Shown: one piece after another, positions 25,131 through 34,400 of the stretch
How positions within the stretch are numbered: the first letter of the stretch is position 1
How the letters are laid out: the number at the start of each line of letters is the position of its first letter
IMG/VR virus record: IMGVR_UViG_3300017739_000004
Coordinates: 38,949 to 102,948 of that record
Strand: one strand, 5' to 3'
Length of the DNA: 64,000 bases
Source of the DNA: a virus
Notes under the pieces: generated by a model
Seen by the model: the letters and a program-made list of their open reading frames with translations, nothing else
Databases searched by the model: none
What the model was told of the DNA's origin: nothing
Program-made: the position numbers and the translations under genes

Positions 25131-25577
25131 ATGGCTACTTATACTTCAGATAGGACAACAACAAATACTAGCAAATCTAGTATAATCTCTGCAAAGAAAA
25201 AAGAATATAGAGATTTAGATTTAAGCTTGACATTACATCCTACCAAAAAAGATATAATGCCTCTAAGAGACGATCAAGCAATTAAAAATGCAATCAAAAA
25301 TCTTATAGTGACTAATGCTTTTGAAAGACCATTTAAACCAGCTTTAGGTGCAAGTCTTGGAAATGCTCTATTTGAACCACCAGGGTTTTTTACAGAAAAT
25401 ACAATAGAGGATAGAGTAAGAAGAGTAATAGTAGATCACGAGCCTAGAGTAAAAGTTTTAGGTGTAGCAGCTGCTTATGCTGAAACAGATGATAGCTATA
25501 GAGTCAATGTAAAATTTTTAATAAAAGAAAATGATGTAGAAACAAATGTAGACATCAGATTAAGAAGGTTAAGATAA
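25131..25577 (+). CDS. 25: Baseplate wedge gp25
   Basis: YRDLDL, AIKNAIKNL..T..FERPF.P..G, HEPRV, ends LRRLR. Confidence 0.92.
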   Translation: MATYTSDRTTTNTSKSSIISAKKKEYRDLDLSLTLHPTKKDIMPLRDDQAIKNAIKNLIVTNAFERPFKPALGASLGNALFEPPGFFTENTIEDRVRRVIVDHEPRVKVLGVAAAYAETDDSYRVNVKFLIKENDVETNVDIRLRRLR

Positions 25578-27769
25578 TGGCAACAATAAATAAACTAAAC
25601 GTCACAGAATTAGATTTTGACCAGATAAAATCTAATCTTAAAAATTTTTTAAAGTCACAATCAGAATTTACTGATTTTAATTTTGAAGGATCAGGGCTCA
25701 ATGTATTACTAGATGTTCTAGCATATAATACACACTATAATGCTTTGAATGCTCACTATTCATTAAATGAAGCATTCTTAGATTCAGCTCAGATTCGTGG
25801 TAATATTGTAGCAAGAGCTAAACAATTAGGATATATACCAAGATCAGTTTTATCACCAAGAGCAACTGTTAGTTTAGTAGTCACTGCAGGTACAGATCAA
25901 AATTCAACAGCTGCTGGTACATTAACATTACCAAGAGGTACTAAATTTCAAACTAGTGTTCAAGGCCAATCATTTAATTATATATTAAAAGATGCTACAA
26001 GTGCTTCATATACACCAGCTTCAGGTTCAACTAATGGAACATATTCTTTTTCTAGTTTAGAATTAGTAGAAGGTGAATTAAGAAATTTAAAATATAGAGT
26101 AGATAATGATATTGAAAGTCAAAAATTTCAATTGTCAGATTTAAATGCAGACACATCCACACTCAGAGTAAGAGTGCAAGAAAATGAAAATAGTGAAGTG
26201 TTTGATTTATATACTCAATTTGAATCACTGAAAGATGTTGATTCTACTACTAAAGTTTATTATCTACAAGAAAACACATCTGGTTTTTATGAAATATATT
26301 TCGGTGATGGCGTAAATGGATTTAAACCTTCAAATAATAATATTGTCACATTAGATTATGTAATTACAAGCGGACCTGATTCTAATAATGCATCATTTAA
26401 TAGTAATGCATTACAAGATACTTTATCAGATGGAACAAATACATATCCAAATACTTCAACTGGTGGTGGAACTGCAGTCACAACTACAACTCAAAGTTCT
26501 GGTGGAACAGCACAAGAAACAAATGAATCTGTGAGGTTCAATGCTCCACTTGCATTTGCAACTCAGAATAGAGCAGTGACATCAGACGATTATGCGACTA
26601 TTATTAAAAATGGTTTTCCAAATATTCAAGCAATATCAACATGGGGTGGAGAAGATAATGACCCTGTAGATTTTGGTAGTGCATATATTTCTATCAAGCC
26701 ACTAACTGGTAATCTATTAACTGATTCAGAAAAGACACAGATAAAATCTTTACTAAAAGGTAAAAATGTTGTTTCAGTTGTACCAGAAATAGTAGACCTT
26801 GAAGAAACATTATTAGAATTAGATGTCTTTATTAAATACAATCCAAACCTTACAGATAGAACATCAGCAGAGGTACAATCAGTAGTAAATGATACTATAT
26901 CAGATTATGACTTTAACCAATTAAATAGATTTGATGGCGTTTTTAGACATTCAGAAATCTTAGGACAAATAGTTAGTTCAGAACCAAGTATTACAAGTGC
27001 TAATGTTAGACCTAGAATGTTCCAAAATATTACACCTAATATTTCAGCTGTAATTACATTCGACGGTTCTAGTAGTTCAGTTGTAAGTTTAGCAAATAAT
27101 ACAATTACTCTATCAGTATCAGAAGCAGCTAATTTTGCCGACGGTGATAAGATCACATATATTGTACCAACCGGTACAGTAATTGGTAATTTAGTCGATG
27201 GACGAGAATATTTTGTAAGAGATAAAACAACAACCTCACTAAAATTATCAGAAACATTAAATGGTAATCCAGTAAGTTTAGGAGCTTTAGGTTCTGCAAC
27301 TGGTCATCAACTTAAAGCATCTACTGCAGATAATAATTTTACTTTAACATTTGCTGAGCCATTCTTTAATACAGGTAATTCAACAAACTTTATTTTAAGT
27401 AGTTCAAAATTTAGATTAAATACTGATCCAAATACAGATGTACAATTTGGTGATATACCAATTGCTGGATCAGCAAATAGACAAGTTATTGTATACAAAA
27501 TTGTTGATGGTGTCAATATTACAGTAATAGATGACGCGGGTACATTAGATATTACAAATGGTAAAATAACTTTAAAAGGTTTTGTACCAAATACTACAGA
27601 TGTTATCAGACTTACCGTAGTGCCAGATTCTTTAGATATCGCACCAGTAAGAAATCAGTTATTAAATATAGAGCAAGCTAGAATTACAACAGTTGTAGAA
27701 GTAGATACTGTGGCTGTGTCAGGAACATCGGGTACTATTGATTATAATACAAATAGAAGGATTAAGTAA
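25577..27769 (+). CDS. 6: Baseplate wedge gp6
   Basis: TELDFDQIK.NLK, DFNFEGSGL..LLDVLAYNTHY, YEIYFGDG, QNRAVT.DDY, WGGEDN. Confidence 0.95.
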   Translation: MATINKLNVTELDFDQIKSNLKNFLKSQSEFTDFNFEGSGLNVLLDVLAYNTHYNALNAHYSLNEAFLDSAQIRGNIVARAKQLGYIPRSVLSPRATVSLVVTAGTDQNSTAAGTLTLPRGTKFQTSVQGQSFNYILKDATSASYTPASGSTNGTYSFSSLELVEGELRNLKYRVDNDIESQKFQLSDLNADTSTLRVRVQENENSEVFDLYTQFESLKDVDSTTKVYYLQENTSGFYEIYFGDGVNGFKPSNNNIVTLDYVITSGPDSNNASFNSNALQDTLSDGTNTYPNTSTGGGTAVTTTTQSSGGTAQETNESVRFNAPLAFATQNRAVTSDDYATIIKNGFPNIQAISTWGGEDNDPVDFGSAYISIKPLTGNLLTDSEKTQIKSLLKGKNVVSVVPEIVDLEETLLELDVFIKYNPNLTDRTSAEVQSVVNDTISDYDFNQLNRFDGVFRHSEILGQIVSSEPSITSANVRPRMFQNITPNISAVITFDGSSSSVVSLANNTITLSVSEAANFADGDKITYIVPTGTVIGNLVDGREYFVRDKTTTSLKLSETLNGNPVSLGALGSATGHQLKASTADNNFTLTFAEPFFNTGNSTNFILSSSKFRLNTDPNTDVQFGDIPIAGSANRQVIVYKIVDGVNITVIDDAGTLDITNGKITLKGFVPNTTDVIRLTVVPDSLDIAPVRNQLLNIEQARITTVVEVDTVAVSGTSGTIDYNTNRRIK

Positions 27770-29763
27770 TGCCTAAAAGTTATAGTTCAGGTAATACAAG
27801 TTTATCTAAGAATACACTCAAAGATACAAAAGAGGATATTCGCTTAGATCAATTATTACCTGGTGAAATATTTAGAGATAAAACTACATTAGATGCTTTA
27901 CTTAAAGCATACTATGAGTTTTTAAATATAGATGAATTTAACTATACAACTAGTGAAACATTTACTGATACAATTTTAGATAGTAAAGCTGTTTTTAGAA
28001 TAGCTGATCCAGAATTAAAAAATAATAAATTCTTTCAACAAAACTCTGTTTCAACAATGGTCATTGATAATGGTGATGGTACTACCACATCATTTCCAAT
28101 AAACTTTTCTGGTACAAACCTCAATGTAGAAATTACAAATGGTAATAATTTACCAGAATCATTATCTGCAAGTACCTTACAAAGAGGTAAAACATTTACA
28201 GTCAAAGATACTACAGCAAATGATTTAACCATACACAATGGTAAGGTTGCAACTCTGACGACAATTGTTCAGAATCATACAGGTGCAGGACCATCATATG
28301 CTTTAAATGAAATAGAAAGAAATATTGACATTGATAGAAATGACCCTCAGTATTTAGAAAAATTAGCAAAAGAGATTGCACCTATATTACCTCGTAATCC
28401 AACTGTAGAAAAAAGAACATTATATAAACAGATTATAGATTTTTATAAACTTAGAGGTTCGGAAGATTCACTTATAACCTTTTTCAGATTAATATTTAAT
28501 GATACAGCTGAGATAGAGTTTCCAATAGATAAAACATTAATACCTTCTTCTGGAAAATGGGAAAAGAATAGTAATCTAATTTTAGGTGGACAATATCTTG
28601 ACAATAAAGGTTTTTTATCTAATAATATTAAATTACATGATAGTGATAGATTTCAAAAATTTTCTTATGTCATCAAGTCTGGTCAAAGTTTAGATAGTTG
28701 GAAAGATTCATTTAAAAAATTAGTACACCCTGCAGGATTTAAATTCTTTGCAGAAATATTAATTTTATTAGCTTTAGTAAATGCTGGTAATCCAACAACT
28801 CAAAGATTAAGTTCACCATTCAGAAAGACATTACCAAATATTGGAGATACACAAAGAGAACTATTTAGTGCAATGCCATTTAGATCACCGGGTGTTATTG
28901 GTATTGAAGATGTTCCAGTTTTAGTACAGGCTTTTGCAGCTTCTTATGGACCTGGTATTCAAGTTATAAGAGGTGTCAATGCTAATATTCAATTAAACTT
29001 TACAGGTGGTCAATTAAATACAATGGCGCAAACACCACCAGGTGTAGAAATTATAAATCCTGGTTCTGGTTATATTGCATTACCATCTATAAGTTTTACA
29101 TCTAATTCTGGTGCAACAAATCCAGTAATTTCTTTTGGTGGTGGTGCTAGTGATCTTACAGCTGATGGTGGAATTGATCCAGATAAAATTACAATTGGTA
29201 CTGATGATAGAGGTTCATCAATAACTAGTATTGTTGCTTCTATTGATGTACCAAGGAATGCAAGTAATGTAGATATGACTGGAAAGATAGTAAATCTTAG
29301 ATTATTTGGTCAAGCAAATAAAATATATAATTCAGCTCCAACCATTCAATTTAGTACACCGACAGCAAAAGATGCTGATGGTAATTTAACTGGCACAACA
29401 GCAACAGCAGTATTAACACTAGATGCTGAAGGTGAAGTCAGTGGATTCAATATTACTAATCCTGGTTCTGGTTATATATTAGACCCAGATGTAAACTTAA
29501 CAACTGGTTCTCAAAATGAGGATAGAGTAAAAGAAGATTTAGTTAAACAAATTGTTTCATTAAATCATCAAGGAAAATTACATGATGGCACTCACAGAAC
29601 CATTATAAATAATAGCATGAGGAAACGACAAGGTTCCAATGCAACAACCCGTTTGTATAATAGAAATGTAGCAATAGAGGCTTTTGGTGCCGAAGAAATC
29701 CAAAACTTCGATGCAAATGATATAAATAATATAGATATACAAACTTATATTAATATAGAGTAG
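27769..29763 (+). CDS. 7: Baseplate wedge initiator, gp7-like
   Basis: LKAYYEFL, FYKLRGSEDS..FFRLIF, LHDS..FQKFSYVIKS, LVHPAGFKFF; between 6 and 8. Confidence 0.75.
   Translation: MPKSYSSGNTSLSKNTLKDTKEDIRLDQLLPGEIFRDKTTLDALLKAYYEFLNIDEFNYTTSETFTDTILDSKAVFRIADPELKNNKFFQQNSVSTMVIDNGDGTTTSFPINFSGTNLNVEITNGNNLPESLSASTLQRGKTFTVKDTTANDLTIHNGKVATLTTIVQNHTGAGPSYALNEIERNIDIDRNDPQYLEKLAKEIAPILPRNPTVEKRTLYKQIIDFYKLRGSEDSLITFFRLIFNDTAEIEFPIDKTLIPSSGKWEKNSNLILGGQYLDNKGFLSNNIKLHDSDRFQKFSYVIKSGQSLDSWKDSFKKLVHPAGFKFFAEILILLALVNAGNPTTQRLSSPFRKTLPNIGDTQRELFSAMPFRSPGVIGIEDVPVLVQAFAASYGPGIQVIRGVNANIQLNFTGGQLNTMAQTPPGVEIINPGSGYIALPSISFTSNSGATNPVISFGGGASDLTADGGIDPDKITIGTDDRGSSITSIVASIDVPRNASNVDMTGKIVNLRLFGQANKIYNSAPTIQFSTPTAKDADGNLTGTTATAVLTLDAEGEVSGFNITNPGSGYILDPDVNLTTGSQNEDRVKEDLVKQIVSLNHQGKLHDGTHRTIINNSMRKRQGSNATTRLYNRNVAIEAFGAEEIQNFDANDINNIDIQTYINIE
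29721..29728 (+). promoter_or_regulatory. T4-type late promoter for gene 8
   Basis: TATAAATA 44 nt before the ATG. Confidence 0.6.
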
Positions 29764-29772
29764 GAAAGAAAA

Positions 29773-31428
29773 ATGACAGCAATAGTAAGTTCTAATTTTA
29801 GAGTTGTTAACGCAGATAATTTTAAAGAAGATGTTAAAAACTCGAATGTATATGTAGCTATCGGAAGAGCTGATGCATGGTCCTTGACCACATCAGATAC
29901 GACAGATACAACTCCATTCACACCAAACGATCATTTAGACGATCAAAACAACGCAAGGCGCCAATTTATTGGTATGCAAAAACTAACATCTGCAGATGTT
30001 TCTCATGTAGTCAAAAGACATAATTGGACTACAGGTACAGTGTATGTACCATGGGATTCAGATGATGCAGATATATACGATAAAAATCCATGTTTCTATG
30101 TACTAACAAACGAATTTAAAGTTTATAAATGTCTAAGAAATGGTAATGGAGCTCAGTCAACAGTGCAACCTACTCACACTACTCCGACTCCTACAGGTTC
30201 AGCAACAGATGGTTATATCTGGAAATATATGTATAGTATTACAACAGCTGATTCCGAAAAGTTTTTAACAAATGCATATATGCCAGTTAAAACTATACCA
30301 ATCACTATAGAAGCATTTGCTGCAGCCGCGGCCGCGGATAATCAGACAAAAATATTATTAACAGAAGCTAACTTAGATATTAAAGTTGGCCATCAAGTTG
30401 TGAATGCTAGTGCACAAGTTGTTGGAGAAATCAGTGCAATTGTTGGAGCAGAATTAACTCTAGCAGCAAACTTAGCACATGCGGTATCATCAGGTGATAT
30501 ACTAACTATTAATTTTGCAAATGATACAAAAGCAAGTACAGCATTATCAACGGACTTTACACAATATAAAGCACAAAAAGATTCATTAGAATTAGCAGAG
30601 GCTGGTGGTATTGAAAGAATAGAAATACCATCTGGTCAAGGTGGAGCTGGTTATACAGGTAATCCAACCAGTATCGTAATTAGTAGTGATGGTGAAACAA
30701 ATGCAGTTGCAGAACCGGCTGATGTCACAATTGTTGGTAATTCTATTACAGCAATCGATATTGGAACAGCTACTGGTAGTTCTGCTCATGGTAAAAATAT
30801 TACAGTGGCTACTATTACAGTTGCTGGTGGAGGTGCTACTACAGATGCAACTCCAAGAGCTGTTATAGCTCCAAATAGAGGTCATGGTACTGATCCAGTT
30901 GCTGAGCTAGGTGGATTCTTAGTTGCATTAAATACACAATTAACTGGTACAGGTGGTGGTGACTTGACAATCGGAAATGATTTTAGACAAATTACAATTA
31001 TTAAAAATCCAAGAGTTCATAATAGTACACCTTTTGCAGGTGGATTAGCAACAGCAACAACATTAAATCCATTAAAAGCATTAAATATAGCTAACACTGG
31101 AGATGTAGCCAACTTAGCAGCTGATGACGTAATTACTGGTGGAAGTTCTGGAGCAAAAGCTTTTATCGCATATGTCGATGCATCTGGCTCAAATAATAAA
31201 ATTTATTATTATCAGAACGAAAAAACTGGATTTAAAAGCTTTACAACTGGAGGTTCAGAAACAATTACTGCACAAGATGGTGGTGGTGGAAGTGGATTTA
31301 CTGTAAGCTCTATTTCAAATGCTGAAGTAGATAGTAGAAGTGGTGAAATGTTATTCTTAGAAAATAGAACACCAATTAACAGATCAGCAACACAAATTGA
31401 AGATATAAAACTAATACTAGAATTTTAA
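29773..31428 (+). CDS. 8: Baseplate wedge gp8
   Basis: MTAIV...FRV.NA, VYKCL, DGYIWKYMY, NDFRQI, SGE.LFLENR.PI.R..QIEDIKLILEF. Confidence 0.92.
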   Translation: MTAIVSSNFRVVNADNFKEDVKNSNVYVAIGRADAWSLTTSDTTDTTPFTPNDHLDDQNNARRQFIGMQKLTSADVSHVVKRHNWTTGTVYVPWDSDDADIYDKNPCFYVLTNEFKVYKCLRNGNGAQSTVQPTHTTPTPTGSATDGYIWKYMYSITTADSEKFLTNAYMPVKTIPITIEAFAAAAAADNQTKILLTEANLDIKVGHQVVNASAQVVGEISAIVGAELTLAANLAHAVSSGDILTINFANDTKASTALSTDFTQYKAQKDSLELAEAGGIERIEIPSGQGGAGYTGNPTSIVISSDGETNAVAEPADVTIVGNSITAIDIGTATGSSAHGKNITVATITVAGGGATTDATPRAVIAPNRGHGTDPVAELGGFLVALNTQLTGTGGGDLTIGNDFRQITIIKNPRVHNSTPFAGGLATATTLNPLKALNIANTGDVANLAADDVITGGSSGAKAFIAYVDASGSNNKIYYYQNEKTGFKSFTTGGSETITAQDGGGGSGFTVSSISNAEVDSRSGEMLFLENRTPINRSATQIEDIKLILEF

Positions 31429-31451
31429 TTTAGTATTGATAGGAAAGATTT

Positions 31452-34400
31452 ATGGCAATAAAAATATATGGCGACCCGTACTTTGACGATTATGCAGAGT
31501 CAAAAAATTTTCATAGGATATTATTTAAACCTGGATTTTCTGTTCAGGCAAGAGAACTAACTCAATTACAAAGTTTATTACAAGCACAAATAGATAGACA
31601 TGGACAATATTCTTTTAAATCAGGTTCAAGGGTTGTAGGTGGTAAAGTATCTGTTGATACTAATTTAGATTTTGTTAAGGTTGAAGATGCATGGAATGAT
31701 GGTTCTAGTGCTTTTACAACTAGTTCTTATCTTAGTCAATTTGTTGGAAGAACAATTACAGGTGGAACATCTGGAGTCACCGCAACTGTCGTAGATCATG
31801 TGGTTGCAGGTGGAACTGCACCAAATGGTGATACAATTTCTAATACTCTTTATATTCAATATACAAATACTGGTTCTGATAATATAACAAAAGTATTCTC
31901 AGTTGGAGAAATACTAACTGGTACAAATTCTAGTGGTCAAACAATTAAAGCAATGGTTGGTGGTGGTCCCGATACGGATTTATCTACTGCAGGTAATCAA
32001 GCATCAACAATATCAAGTCAAACTGGAAAAGGTTCACGAGCTAATATAGAAGAAGGTGTATACTTTATATCAGGTAATTTTGTATTTGTAGCTGCACAAA
32101 GTTTAGTATTAGAAAACTATGGAATAACACCTAGTTTTATTTTAAGCTTACAAGTCAATGAAGAAATAATCAATTCAACTACAGATGCTAGTCTTTTAGA
32201 TAATGCAGCTGGAACTCCAAATGCTACAGCACCTGGTGCTGACAGATATAAGATTGGAACTGTTTTAGTTAAACACAAGATTACAGCTGCAGACCCTACT
32301 GGTTATGCACAAAGAACGACAGATGGTTTAAATAATTTAATCACATTAATTAAAATTGTAGATGGTAAAACATCTGTCGATAAAACAGATAAAACAGATG
32401 ATACACCACTTACACGAAGATTAGCAAAAAGAACATTTGAAGAAAGTGGTAATTATAGTGTAGAGCCATTTCAAATAAGCGTAAAAGAATATTTAAATGA
32501 TGGTTCTAATAATGGTTTTAAAACAGTGGCACAGATCAGAGCTGATGGTGATGCTAATACTGATGCTGCTGCTACTCAATTTGGTCAAGATAGATTAAGT
32601 ATATCAGTAGAACCAAATGTTGCATATGTCAAAGGATTTAGAATTGAAAAAACAATAGCCGATAGAGTTATTGTAGAAAAGCCAAGGGCAGCATTTACAG
32701 GTGATGGTAATGATAGAGAAGATGTTGATGTTGCAGTTAATTCAGCTACTGATGTACAGAGAACTATTAGAAATGGTAATTTTGCAGAAGTAATTTTAAG
32801 TACAGTCGAAGGTGTTCCAGATGTCAATGGTTATACAACTATTAATTTACATACATCAACCACACCTGGTAGTGGATCAGTTGTTGGTACAGCAAGAGTT
32901 CGTGGTATAACTGCAGACGATGAAGCAGCAAATGCAAGAATATTCTTGTTTGATATTAATATGACAACAGGTGCATTTTCATCTGTAAATAGTTTCCAAG
33001 AAACAGCAAGTTCTACTTTAAGATTCCAGGGTCAATTTAAATCATACGCTAGTACAGGTGCACAATTATTTGATACAAATAATTTAGGTATGATTATACC
33101 ATTACCTCATGCAGCTACAAAAGAAGTAAGTTCTGTTAAATATACAACTAAGAAAAGGTTTAGTTATTCTAGTTCAGCAACTGCAAGTCATACATTTACT
33201 TTAGGTACTGGAGAAACTGCAGTGAATGTTGCAGCATCAGGTTATGTTTTTGCAAATGTTAGTGGTTCACCAAAGATTAAAAAAATACCATCTATTGGTG
33301 GAGGAACATCTACACAAGTTGGTACAAATGATGTCACTGTAAATGTTGCACATGCTAATTTATATGGTTCAGGTACAGCTTCAAATATTGATCTTATTGT
33401 AGATGTTGAAAAAACAGCCGTACAAAGAACAGCAGCCAGAGCAACAGTCACAACTAGTGCAGCATCTTTAGGAACAGTCGATGGTGTTGTAAATGCATTA
33501 TCACTCGGAAGAGCACATATTATTAAAATTAATTCTGTTAAAGAAACAGGAAATACTAGTGTAGATATTAAAGATCAATTTGAATTAGATAATGGTCAAA
33601 GAGAATCAATGTTTGATCTAGGTAAAATTATTTTAAAACCTGGATTTCAAGCACCAGCAAATACTCTTGTCGTAGAGTTTGACCATTTCAATGTCACAGG
33701 TGAAGGTGATTATTTCAGTGTAGATTCTTATGGATTTGCTGAATATGAAAATATACCTTCTTTTAAAACAGTCAATAAAGAAATACAATTAAGAGATGCA
33801 TTAGACTTTAGACCAATTAGAGATAATGCTGGTACAGGATTTACTGGTACAGGTGGAAATCCACAACCTCTCGTTGATTCAAGTACAATAGAATTTGATA
33901 CTAAATATTATTTACCAAGAATAGATAAACTAATCTTAAAAAGAAATGGTTCATTAGTTGTTAAAAAAGGTGTACCAGATGAAAGACCATCACCACCTAC
34001 AGTAGATGATGATGCATTTTCATTATATGATTTTAGATTAAAGCCATATATATTTAATTTAAATGATTTCAAACCAAAAATAAACAATACTCAAAGATAT
34101 ACAATGAAAGACATTGGTAATCTTGATAAAAGAATTAAGAATCTTGAGTACTATACATCATTATCTTTATTAGAACAAAATGCAGCAGATGCACAAATCT
34201 TTGCTGCTGATGGAACATCAAGAACTAAAAATGGATTTATTGTAGATGGATTCTTTGGCCACAATATCGGTGACCCAAGAAATCCAGACTATAGTGCATC
34301 TATCGATAAAAAGCGTGGTCATCTAAGACCTAAGTTTGATGAAAGAAATGTTAACCTTATTAGAAAATCTGGTGATAGTGGTACAGCTGTAAAAAGTGGT

